In this document: positions 48,821-57,029 of the stretch, piece after piece | Numbering within the stretch: position 1 is the stretch's first letter | How the letters are laid out: every line of letters begins with the position of its first letter | Assembly: GCA_964576525.1 (NCBI GenBank) | Contig: CAZNVH010000002.1 | Span: 4,121-68,120, forward strand | Source of the DNA: an uncultured Enterobacteriaceae bacterium | GTDB lineage: Bacteria > Pseudomonadota > Gammaproteobacteria > Burkholderiales > SG8-39 | Direction: 5' to 3' | Length of the DNA stretch: 64,000 bases | Notes under the pieces: model-generated | Told to the model about the DNA's origin: nothing | Database searches by the model: none | The model's input: the letters and a program-made list of their open reading frames with translations, nothing else | Program-made: the position numbers and the translations under genes

Positions 48821-49825
48821 CTACTTCACCAGCCCCTTTTCCTTGTAGTAGCGCAGCGCGCCGGGGTGATAGGGCAGCTTCGCCGGATTGGTCGACATCT
48901 TGGCGGTGGTGAACGAGGTCTTGAGCGAGCCGCCGATCGCCTGCACGCTGCTCTCGTTCTCGGCGAGCGCCTTGACGTACTTGTAGACCACTTCATCGGG
49001 CACGTGCGCGCCGGCCAGCAGCGAGACCCACATGCGCACCGTCGGATAGTCCTTGTCCATGAACGGATAGGTGCCCTTCTCGACCATGTCGGCCCTGAAG
49101 TTGAAGGTCTCGGCCGCTTTCTGGATCACCGCGCGGTCGCCGTCGATCCACAGCAGTGCGCGCTTGCCGGCGATGTCCTTGACCAGCGAGTCGCCCAGGT
49201 TGCGCGCGTTCATGAACACGTCGGCCTTGTCGTCGACGATGGCGTCCAGGCCGATCTGGCTGTTGCCCAGGACGTAGTTGCCGCCCCACTTCTCGATGTC
49301 GCCGATGCTGAAGCCGTGCGCCTTCATCACTTCGTACGGCCCGCCGATGGTGGTCTGCGGATTGTCGGGACGGTTGATGGCGAGGCGCATGCGCGGCTTC
49401 TTGGCGGCGATGTCGGCCCAGGACTTGATGCCGTTCGCCTCCGCCCACTGCTTGGTCATCAGGAAGTGGATGAACTGGTTGTCGTAGAGCTGCATCACAT
49501 AGCTGAACTTGCCCTTGAGCGGCGCCTTGAAAGGGGAAGCACCGTCGTTGGCGAGCTTGATCTCGGTGCCGGTGGCGGTGGCGGTGAAATCCGCCTGCCC
49601 CTCGGCGATGGCGAGCACGCCGCCGCCCGGCGAATTCGGCTTGAACGACACCGCGGAGCCGGGATACGTGTCGCGCACCACCGCATTCAGGCCTTCCACC
49701 ATGGTGCGCGGGTAGCCGCTCGGCGTCGCGCCGGTGATCGTGGCGGTGATCGGTTTCTTGTCGTTGAAATCGGCCAGCGCGGGACACGCGACCAGGATTG
49801 CGAACAGGACCGCTGCTCTTCTCAT
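48821..49825 (-). CDS. TAXI-family TRAP transporter solute-binding protein
   Basis: Signal peptide MRRAAVLFAILVACPALA. ITGATPSGYP mature start. Adjacent to the fused permease. Confidence 0.88.
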   Translation of the reverse strand: MRRAAVLFAILVACPALADFNDKKPITATITGATPSGYPRTMVEGLNAVVRDTYPGSAVSFKPNSPGGGVLAIAEGQADFTATATGTEIKLANDGASPFKAPLKGKFSYVMQLYDNQFIHFLMTKQWAEANGIKSWADIAAKKPRMRLAINRPDNPQTTIGGPYEVMKAHGFSIGDIEKWGGNYVLGNSQIGLDAIVDDKADVFMNARNLGDSLVKDIAGKRALLWIDGDRAVIQKAAETFNFRADMVEKGTYPFMDKDYPTVRMWVSLLAGAHVPDEVVYKYVKALAENESSVQAIGGSLKTSFTTAKMSTNPAKLPYHPGALRYYKEKGLVK

Positions 49826-49857
49826 CGTCTCTTCCTCCTGCCCGTATCATGGCATAG

Positions 49858-50835
49858 ATGAAAGCGATCGAGATCAGGCAGCCCGGCGGACCCGAGGTTC
49901 TGCGCCCGGCGGATCGCCCGCGGCCCGCGCCCAAGCCGCACGAGATCCTGATCAAGGTCGCCGCGGCGGGCGTCAACCGCCCCGACGTGCTCCAGCGCAT
50001 GGGCCACTACGCCGTCCCGCCCGACGCCTCCGACCTGCCCGGCCTGGAAGTCGCCGGCGAAGTGGCTGCCCTTGGCTCTTCGGCAAAAACATATCAACTG
50101 GGGCAAAAGGTCTGCGCCCTGGTGCACGGCGGCGGCTACGCCGAGTACTGCGTCGCGCCCGAGGTGCAGGCGCTGCCGGTGCCGAAGGGCCTCAGCCTGG
50201 TCGAGGCCGCATCGCTGCCCGAGACCTTCTTCACCGTGTGGAGCAACGTCTACGACCGCGGCAGGCTCGCACCGGGCGAATCGCTCCTGGTGCAGGGCGG
50301 CAGCTCGGGTATCGGCGTGACCGCGATCCAGATGGCGGCCGCGACCGGCAACCTCGTATTCGCCACCGCCGGCTCGGACGACAAGGTCGCCGCCTGCCTG
50401 CGGCTCGGCGCGGCGAAGGCGTTCAACTACAAAACTCAAGATTTTGAAAAAGAAACTCTTTTGGCTACTGCGGGCAAGGGTGTGGACGTGATCCTCGACA
50501 TGGTCGGCGGCGACTACGTGCCGCGCGAGCTGAAGTGCATCGCCGAGGACGGGCGGCTGGTGTTCATCGCCTACCTGCGCGGGCCGAAGACCGAGCTGAA
50601 CATCGACGCGGTGATGCGCCGGCGGCTGACGATCACCGGCTCGACGCTGCGGCCCCGCACGGTGGAGTTCAAGGGCGCGATCGCGCGCAGCCTGCGCGAG
50701 AAGATCTGGCCGCTGATCGAGGCCGGCCGCATCAAGCCCGAGATCTACAAGACCTTCCCGCTCGAGCAGGCGGCCGAGGCGCACCGCCTCATGGAGAGCT
50801 CGCAGCACATCGGCAAGATCGTGCTTACACTCTGA
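49858..50835 (+). CDS. NAD(P)H:quinone oxidoreductase (zeta-crystallin / MDR family)
   Basis: 325 aa. GVNRPDVLQRMGHY and GGSSGIGVTAIQ motifs. Confidence 0.9.
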   Translation: MKAIEIRQPGGPEVLRPADRPRPAPKPHEILIKVAAAGVNRPDVLQRMGHYAVPPDASDLPGLEVAGEVAALGSSAKTYQLGQKVCALVHGGGYAEYCVAPEVQALPVPKGLSLVEAASLPETFFTVWSNVYDRGRLAPGESLLVQGGSSGIGVTAIQMAAATGNLVFATAGSDDKVAACLRLGAAKAFNYKTQDFEKETLLATAGKGVDVILDMVGGDYVPRELKCIAEDGRLVFIAYLRGPKTELNIDAVMRRRLTITGSTLRPRTVEFKGAIARSLREKIWPLIEAGRIKPEIYKTFPLEQAAEAHRLMESSQHIGKIVLTL

Positions 50836-51204
50836 CCGTGACGCGCCACAGCAAACCCGTGGTGGTCGTCTCCGCGATCGTTCGGTGCCTCGCACCGTCG
50901 ATTAGGAGAGGTACGGCGCGGCACCCTGCGCCTTCCGGCCGGCAAGCGTAGAACCTCCCTCTCGGACTGGAGCGAAAGGTTGGGGCGGAGTTTTTCCGGG
51001 CGCGTGCTCCCGATCGACGAATCCGTCGCGCTGCGTTGGGCGGAAATCGCGGCACGCGCGGAGCAGTCAGGCCGGCCCGGATCGTTCGCCGACGGATTGA
51101 TTGCCGCGACCGCGCTCGACCACGGACTGACGCTTGTCACGCGCAACGTGACTGACTTCGAGCCCTTCGGGGTCTCGCTCCTGAATCCGTGGACAGCGAC
51201 CTGA
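50836..51204 (+). pseudogene. decayed vapBC-type toxin-antitoxin remnant (antitoxin stub + frameshifted, N-terminally deleted PIN toxin)
   Basis: 50835-50879 reads TVTRHSKPVVVVSAI (Phd/VapB-like). 50980-51204 encodes only the C-terminal half of a PIN/VapC (GRVLPIDESVALRWAEI...DGLIAATALDHGLTLVTRNVTDFEPFGVSLLNPW). There is an in-frame stop and a frame change between the two pieces. Confidence 0.6.
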
Positions 51205-51410
51205 TCAAGACAGGAAGTATCAGATCAAGCAGCATATCGTCGTTTCAGCGCAAGCGGGAACCCACGCTGCTCGATGGTCCGCTACCAACCCGGAGCGGAC
51301 GTTCGCTTAACTTATGATTGGTCCTAAGAACCTGGGCAGGTCATTGCAAAAAGGGTAGTTCGTAAAACGCCACCCCAATGTATCCCTTCGTCCAATGCGA
51401 CCCAGAGCCC

Positions 51411-51533
51411 CTATGACGTGGACGAGCGCAAAAGTTCTGGCAGTTCCTTCGTCCCGGCCCTTACTTCAGGCAATTTTCCAATCAGGAGCCGAAACTGTTC
51501 GGCGGAGAGTTTTCCGTATTCCTTAGTCGCCAT
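51411..51533 (-). pseudogene. 40-codon ORF, probable 5' remnant of a decayed gene
   Basis: MATKEYGKLSAEQFRLLIGKLPEVRAGTKELPELLRSSTS*. Protein-like reading continues downstream only after frame changes (..GIHWGG.. / ..FYELPF..). Confidence 0.3.
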
Positions 51534-51628
51534 ATAGGGTCCCTCAAAGTACGTCGCCCTGTGCTTACGGGAGTATCCTTATAACCGCAATTTCCAAGTG
51601 CCCCATTAGGGTCATCCTCGTTTTATAC

Positions 51629-53323
51629 ATGTTAGGCGTCACAGCTGTACCAAGAGCCCAAAATTCGATGACGAGAACAGACACCTCTAGTGAGGGCGCA
51701 TTTGTTTTTCGAAAGCACGACAACGTGGGCTCTGCCTCGGCTGAGGAAGATTCCCAGTTCCTCAACGATTGTTTCGTTGACACCGGAGATCTTGCTCAGC
51801 TTGCCGATTGCAAAGGTCCAAAAAGGATCATTGTCGGAAGGACCGGCACAGGTAAGAGCGCTTTGATATATGAGTTAACGCGTTCGTCCGATCATGTCGC
51901 CCAGCTCTCGCCGCACGATCTTTCGCTCAACTTTATTGCCACAAATAAAGTAATCGCATTCTTCGAAGAGGCAGGCGTCAATCTAGTACCTTTCTATGTC
52001 CTGCTCTGGAAACATCTTCTCGTTGTTGAGCTATTAAAGAAAAAGTTCAACATCGTCAACGAAGACGCGCACCGAGATTTCATGCGCAATGTCCGGTCCC
52101 TCCTTTATAAAAAGGATCGGTACAAAGAACAGGCGATAGACTATCTCGAACAGTGGGGCAATAAATTCTGGTTGACGACGGAACAACGAATTCACGAATT
52201 AACCAACCGTGTCGAGAGCACGTTAACTGGTGCAGTAGGCGGAAAGCTGGCGGGCATCGAGCTCTCGGCTACCGGCGCAAAAACACTTTCTACTGAACAG
52301 CGCGAAGAGGTCGTCGAGCACGGCTTAGATGCGGTCTCGAAGATTCAGATTCGAGAGCTCGACAACATGATTCAACTGCTAGCGGACAACGTCTTCGATG
52401 ACCCGAAGAATCGCTACTATGTAACAATAGATATGCTCGACGAGGATTGGGCCGATGATCGAATTCGGTTCAAGCTTATTCGCGCCCTAATAGACGTAGT
52501 ACGACGATTCAAGGCGGTCCCCAACGTTAAGGTAGTCCTGGCTCTCCGACAGGATCTACTCGATAAAGTTATTCATTCCGACCCTATTCCAGGTTTCCAA
52601 GAAGAAAAATACAGATCGATGTACATGGGCCTTCAATGGAATCATAAGGATCTAGTAGATGTGGTTGAGCGAAGAATTAACCAATTAATTCGCCGTCGTT
52701 ACACGAAAGGCGATATATTTTTTGGTGACGTGTTTCCAAAGAATGTGGATAGCAAAAACACCCTTACCTACATGTTAGATCGCACGTTCCTCCGTCCTCG
52801 CGACATCATCGTGTTCATAAATGAATGCCTCGAATTATCCGAAGGGCGGACTAACATATCGGGAGCCGTGATAAAAGAAGCGGAACCCCGCTATTCGGCG
52901 GAGCGTCTGCAGTCCCTTGCCGATGAGTGGCGTACGATTTACCCGAACCTTTTTCATGCTGTCCAACTCTTTCACGGATTGTCCGAACATTTTTCTATAG
53001 GTGAACTTACTGAGCAGGTCCTTGTAGAGCGATATAACCATATTGCGTCGGATATTCTCGACGTTCACTCTGATCCAATTACAAGGTCGCTTTCCACCTT
53101 ATATACAGAGAGTGGGAACTTCCTTGCAGTCCGAAACTTCGTGCTAAGACAGTTTTATGTCACGGGACTTATTGGCATTAAAGCCGGTCCGACCGACCCC
53201 ACCACTTGGTCTCGCCTGTTTACCGCACGCGCAAGCCTAAGCGCCGGCGACGTTCGACCATCCTCGTTTGTTGTCATACACCCAATGTTTCATCGGGCTT
53301 TGGGGATCAGGTACTCGCACTAG
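51629..53323 (+). CDS. orphan P-loop NTPase, family unassigned
   Basis: 564-aa ORF in low-GC DNA. Walker A GRTGTGKS (nt 51836-51859) and a Walker-B-like YYVTIDMLDED about 190 aa later. No TM segments. Alternative start ATG at 51668. Confidence 0.8.
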   Translation: MLGVTAVPRAQNSMTRTDTSSEGAFVFRKHDNVGSASAEEDSQFLNDCFVDTGDLAQLADCKGPKRIIVGRTGTGKSALIYELTRSSDHVAQLSPHDLSLNFIATNKVIAFFEEAGVNLVPFYVLLWKHLLVVELLKKKFNIVNEDAHRDFMRNVRSLLYKKDRYKEQAIDYLEQWGNKFWLTTEQRIHELTNRVESTLTGAVGGKLAGIELSATGAKTLSTEQREEVVEHGLDAVSKIQIRELDNMIQLLADNVFDDPKNRYYVTIDMLDEDWADDRIRFKLIRALIDVVRRFKAVPNVKVVLALRQDLLDKVIHSDPIPGFQEEKYRSMYMGLQWNHKDLVDVVERRINQLIRRRYTKGDIFFGDVFPKNVDSKNTLTYMLDRTFLRPRDIIVFINECLELSEGRTNISGAVIKEAEPRYSAERLQSLADEWRTIYPNLFHAVQLFHGLSEHFSIGELTEQVLVERYNHIASDILDVHSDPITRSLSTLYTESGNFLAVRNFVLRQFYVTGLIGIKAGPTDPTTWSRLFTARASLSAGDVRPSSFVVIHPMFHRALGIRYSH

Positions 53324-53547
53324 GGGTAGAAGTGGTCCCACTCGTTAAGACAGTCCCGAGGGGTTTCTTAGGTGCAGTCCCAGCAGATTGAGGGTTATCC
53401 ACGGCGGCGCGCGCGTGGCGCAAGCCACGCATACGAGCGCGACGCGGTGGGAATGATCCAGTCGTAGCCGGAGAACGACAGGTCCCGGCCGGCCTGAGGT
53501 CCGTCATGTCCGCGCCCACGTCAGCTCTACAGCCTTCCATGAAGGTC

Positions 53548-53574
53548 TGGTGCATCGTGGTGCAAAGTGGTGTA
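53548..53574 (+). promoter_or_regulatory. three direct TGGTG(C/T)A repeats spaced exactly 10 bp, candidate RHH operator overlapping a TATCCT -10-like box
   Basis: Repeats at 53548-53554, 53558-53564 and 53568-53574. The last ends 11 nt before the RHH start codon. Confidence 0.45.
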
Positions 53575-53584
53575 TCCTGAGGCC

Positions 53585-53842
53585 ATGTCGATCGCCGAAC
53601 GGCCCGTGCGTCAAAGCGTAAGTCTTCCCGCGCGCGTCGCTCGCCGGGTGAAGTCACTGGCGCAAACGAGCAAGACGAGCACCAGCCGCGTCATCGCCGA
53701 TCTCATCGAGTCCGGGCTCGACGCCCGGGAGCAGGAAAAAAAGCGCTTCTTCGAATACGCCGACCGCCTTTCGCGCTCCCGCGACCCGGAGGAGCAGAAA
53801 CGCCTCAAGGAAGAACTCTCCCGCATCACCTTCGGTGAGTAA
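53585..53842 (+). CDS. ribbon-helix-helix (CopG/Arc-like) protein, putative antitoxin/repressor
   Basis: MSIAERPVRQSVSLPARVARRVKSLAQTSKTSTSRVIADLIESGL has the beta-strand then two-helix RHH pattern. The track ORF starts at 53567. Confidence 0.65.
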   Translation: MSIAERPVRQSVSLPARVARRVKSLAQTSKTSTSRVIADLIESGLDAREQEKKRFFEYADRLSRSRDPEEQKRLKEELSRITFGE

Positions 53843-54084
53843 TGCCGAAGATCCAGTGGACCGGGCTTCCTCCAGCGCTTCGCGACCACCTGTTCGAGAG
53901 GCTGCGCGAGCGCAGGATCACCGCCGAGGACCTCTACCTGCTGAAGGTGTGGCGGGAGTCTGAACCCGAGGCGCCGGATGGACCCTGGTACAAGGACTTC
54001 GGCTCCTTCAAGATCTGCGGCGAAGGACAGTATCCGAAGACGTTTTTGCTCCGAGGCCAACCTGCCAAAGGAGAAAAACTCTAA
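53842..54084 (+). CDS. 80-aa hypothetical protein, translationally coupled to the RHH gene
   Basis: TAATG overlap at 53840-53844. Sequence ...ITAEDLYLLKVWRESEPEAPDGPWYKDFGSFKICGEGQYPKTFLL... No motif I can assign. Confidence 0.6.
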   Translation: MPKIQWTGLPPALRDHLFERLRERRITAEDLYLLKVWRESEPEAPDGPWYKDFGSFKICGEGQYPKTFLLRGQPAKGEKL

Positions 54085-54191
54085 CGACATTCTGTGCCGC
54101 GCCTTGAATGTTCCCGCCATGCCGCGGATTCACATCGCGCAATGAGCGCCTGAGCTGACCTTACAATAGCGGTCTACTGCACGGAGGGTGC

Positions 54192-55079
54192 ATGTTCAAG
54201 GAAGGTGTACTCAAGGGTAAGCGCATCCTGATTACCGGCGGCGGCACCGGCCTGGGCAAAGAGATCGCCGCGAAGTACCTCGAGCTCGGCGCCGAGCTGT
54301 GGATTTGCGGACGCAGGGGTGGTGTTCTCGACCAAACCGCCAAAGAGCTCACCGCGAAACACGGCGGCAAGGTCAAAACCCATCCGATCGATATCCGCGA
54401 CGCCGCCGCGGTCGATGCGATGGTGCAGCGGATCTGGGACGAAGCCGGACCGCTCACCGGCCTGGTCAACAACGCCGCCGGCAACTTCATCAGCCCGACC
54501 AAGGACCTGACGCCGAACGGCTTCAACGCCATCGCCAACATCGTGTTCCACGGCACGTTCTACGTGACGCAGGCCGTGGGCAAGCGCTGGATCGCAGGCC
54601 ACCACAAGGGCTCGGTGATCTCGATCCTGGTGACCTGGGTGCATACCGGCTCGCCTTTCGTGGTGCCCTCGGCGATGTCCAAGGCCGGGCTGCACGTGAT
54701 GACCAAGTCGCTCGCGGTCGAATGGGGCAAGTACGGCATCCGCCTGAACGGCATCGCGCCCGGGCCATTCCCGACGGAAGGCGCGACCCAGCGCCTGCGC
54801 CCCGGCGCCAAGGACGGCTTCGGCGACGCCACCGCGCTCAATCCGATGCGCCGCGTCGGGCGCATGGAGGAGCTGCAGAACCTCGCGACCTTTCTGATGG
54901 CCGACGGCTGCGAATGGCTCACCGGCGAGACCATCGCGGTCGACGGCGCGGGCTACCTCGCCACCGGCGCCGCGGGCTACTACGTCGAGTTCGACAAGCT
55001 CTCCGACGCCGACTGGGAGCGCATGCGCGCGATGATCAAGGCGACGAACGACAAGGACCGCGCCGGCAGGACGGCGTAG
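54192..55079 (+). CDS. SDR-family oxidoreductase, 2,4-dienoyl-CoA reductase-like
   Basis: ITGGGTGLG, NNAAGNFISP and SAMSKAG are a DECR-like pattern. Confidence 0.85.
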   Translation: MFKEGVLKGKRILITGGGTGLGKEIAAKYLELGAELWICGRRGGVLDQTAKELTAKHGGKVKTHPIDIRDAAAVDAMVQRIWDEAGPLTGLVNNAAGNFISPTKDLTPNGFNAIANIVFHGTFYVTQAVGKRWIAGHHKGSVISILVTWVHTGSPFVVPSAMSKAGLHVMTKSLAVEWGKYGIRLNGIAPGPFPTEGATQRLRPGAKDGFGDATALNPMRRVGRMEELQNLATFLMADGCEWLTGETIAVDGAGYLATGAAGYYVEFDKLSDADWERMRAMIKATNDKDRAGRTA

Positions 55080-55090
55080 ATGCGCGCCTG

Positions 55091-56713
55091 ATGGCCACCG
55101 CGCCCCGCCCTGCCGCGACGCTGATCCTGCTGCGCGCGGGCGCGGCGGGCCCCGAAGTGCTGATGCTGCAGCGCGCGCAGAACGCGGCCTTCCTCGGCGG
55201 CGCCTACGTGTTCCCTGGCGGCGCGATCGACGCCGCGGACAGCGACCCGCGCGTCCTGCGCCGCATCGTTGGGCTAAGCGAAGCCGAAGCGAACTCCCGG
55301 CTGCAGCTGCCTTCGGGCGCGCTGGCGTATTACGTCGCTGCGGTGCGCGAGTGCTTCGAGGAAGCCGGCGTTCTTTTGGGGGTCAGCGGCGAGCGCGCCG
55401 CGTCGCTCATGCATTGGCGAAAGAAATCGTTTCTCGAAATGCTCGAAACCGAAGACCTCAGCCTCCCGGTGGGCGAGCTCGCCTACTTCGGCCACTGGAT
55501 CACCGCCCCGGGCCGCTCGCGGCGCTTCGATGCGCGCTTCTTCGTGGCGCTTGCGCCCGAGGGCCAGCAGGGCTCGAACGACGCGCACGAGACGGTGCAC
55601 GACGTCTGGATCACGCCGCCCGAGGCGCTGCAGCGGGCCGAGCGCGGCGAGATCGAGCTGGTGAACGCGACGCAGTCCTCGCTGCGCGATCTCGGCTGCT
55701 TCGCCGAGCCGCGCGCCGCCTTCGACTACGCCAGGGCGCTGCCCGAGATCGAGACCAACCGCGCGTGCTGGGCGCAGGGCCAGAACGGTCCGCAGATTTT
55801 CCGGCGCGCGGACCCGCCCTACTTCGAGATCCACTGGAGCGATCCCGAAGAGACCGGCGAGACGACCTACGATCTCATCGCCGGCGCTCCCAAGCGCCTC
55901 GACCGCTGGGTGAGCCGCGTGATCGCGTCGAATCCCGGCCTGATGACCGGGCCCGGCACCAACACCTATATCGTCGGCGCCGGGGAGCTGGCCATCATCG
56001 ATCCCGGGCCGGCGATCGATTCTCACGTGGAAAAGCTGCTGTCCGAAACGAAAGGCCGGCTGCGCTGGATCCTGTGCACCCACACCCACCTGGACCATTC
56101 GCCCGCGGCCGCGGCGCTCAAGGCGGCGACCGGGGCGCAGCTGCTCGGCCGGCCGGCGCCGCCGGGCCAGAACCAGGATGCGACCTTCAAGCCGGACTTC
56201 GTGGTGGAGAACGGCCAGCGCATCGACCTGGGCGGAATCTCGCTGCGCGCCATCCACACGCCGGGCCATGCCTCCAACCACCTGTGCTACTTCCTCGAGC
56301 AGACGAAAATGCTGTTCACCGGCGATCACGTGATGCAGGGCTCGACGGTGGTGATCAACCCGCCCGACGGCGACATGCGCGCCTACCTGGACTCGCTCGA
56401 GCGGCTGCTCGGCGAGGACATCGCGGTGATCGCGCCCGGGCACGGCTACCTGATCGGCGCGCCGCACCGGGAGGTGAGGCGCCTGATCGCCCACCGCCTC
56501 AATCGCGAGCGCAAGGTGCTCGCCGCTCTAGAGCGGCTCGAGCACCCCTCGGTCGAGGAGATGCTGCCGCTGGTCTACGACGACGTTCCCGAGCGCGTGC
56601 ACCGCGTCGCCGCGCGCTCGCTCACCGCGCACCTGGAAAAGCTGGTCGCCGAGGGCGCGGTGCGCGCCGAGGAGAGCCGCTATACGCTGGTAAAATCGCC
56701 CCGGGCTGGCTAA
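55091..56713 (+). CDS. NUDIX-like N-terminal domain fused to an MBL-fold metallo-hydrolase
   Basis: Start MATAPRPAATLILLR. AAVRECFEEAGVLL is NUDIX-box-like. CTHTHLDHSPAA is the MBL HxHxDH motif. Confidence 0.82.
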   Translation: MATAPRPAATLILLRAGAAGPEVLMLQRAQNAAFLGGAYVFPGGAIDAADSDPRVLRRIVGLSEAEANSRLQLPSGALAYYVAAVRECFEEAGVLLGVSGERAASLMHWRKKSFLEMLETEDLSLPVGELAYFGHWITAPGRSRRFDARFFVALAPEGQQGSNDAHETVHDVWITPPEALQRAERGEIELVNATQSSLRDLGCFAEPRAAFDYARALPEIETNRACWAQGQNGPQIFRRADPPYFEIHWSDPEETGETTYDLIAGAPKRLDRWVSRVIASNPGLMTGPGTNTYIVGAGELAIIDPGPAIDSHVEKLLSETKGRLRWILCTHTHLDHSPAAAALKAATGAQLLGRPAPPGQNQDATFKPDFVVENGQRIDLGGISLRAIHTPGHASNHLCYFLEQTKMLFTGDHVMQGSTVVINPPDGDMRAYLDSLERLLGEDIAVIAPGHGYLIGAPHREVRRLIAHRLNRERKVLAALERLEHPSVEEMLPLVYDDVPERVHRVAARSLTAHLEKLVAEGAVRAEESRYTLVKSPRAG

Positions 56714-56737
56714 CATGGCTTCCAGGAGGTCGCTCCG

Positions 56738-57007
56738 ATGAGCAGTGACAGCGAAAAGACGATGAAGCTGGTGACCAACCTCGATCGCAAGGCGATCGAG
56801 GCGAAGCTGGCCGAGGTGCGCACGGAGGCGCAGACGGCCAACCTCAAGGAGCTGGCGGCGATGTTCAACGGGGTCGAGGGCATGCCGCGCGCCCAGATCG
56901 AGCAGAAAGTGAAGAACGCCCTGAAGTGGCTCGCCGACAAGCCGCAGCACAACCGCCTCACTTCGCAGCTCGAACTCATCGGGCTGAACCTGCCGAACCT
57001 GAAGTAA
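56738..57007 (+). CDS. hypothetical small helical protein
   Basis: 89-aa ORF with coding-like composition. No motif recognised. Confidence 0.45.
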   Translation: MSSDSEKTMKLVTNLDRKAIEAKLAEVRTEAQTANLKELAAMFNGVEGMPRAQIEQKVKNALKWLADKPQHNRLTSQLELIGLNLPNLK

Positions 57008-57029
57008 AGCGTCACGTAAGTCACGTAAG

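Larger units (their letters stand above)
51205..53566. other. low-GC, apparently horizontally acquired segment
   Basis: I counted 25/60 G+C in 52021-52080 against 39/60 in 50221-50280. Codon usage differs visibly from the flanks. It lies between gene debris and an RHH pair. No integrase or att repeats were found. Confidence 0.6.

Noticed and set aside
51565-51783. Small minus-strand ORFs inside or at the start of the NTPase gene (51565-51783 and 52835-53068).
   Set aside because: They are antisense to a long, motif-bearing ORF and have no start context or recognisable features. Short ORFs like these arise by chance in AT-richer DNA.
53307-53657. 116-aa minus-strand ORF between the NTPase and the RHH gene.
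   Set aside because: It overlaps the NTPase 3' end and the RHH 5' end, has Arg/Thr/Ala-rich composition and no motif. Another frame contains ..LSFSGYDWIIPTASRSYAW.., which could be old gene debris, but I could not support any call.
51205-54191. Calling the low-GC region a defined mobile element (prophage, ICE, IS or integron).
   Set aside because: I found no integrase, transposase or recombinase, no tRNA target, and no flanking direct or terminal inverted repeats. Only compositional and gene-decay evidence supports it, so it is reported as an acquired segment and not as a mobile element.
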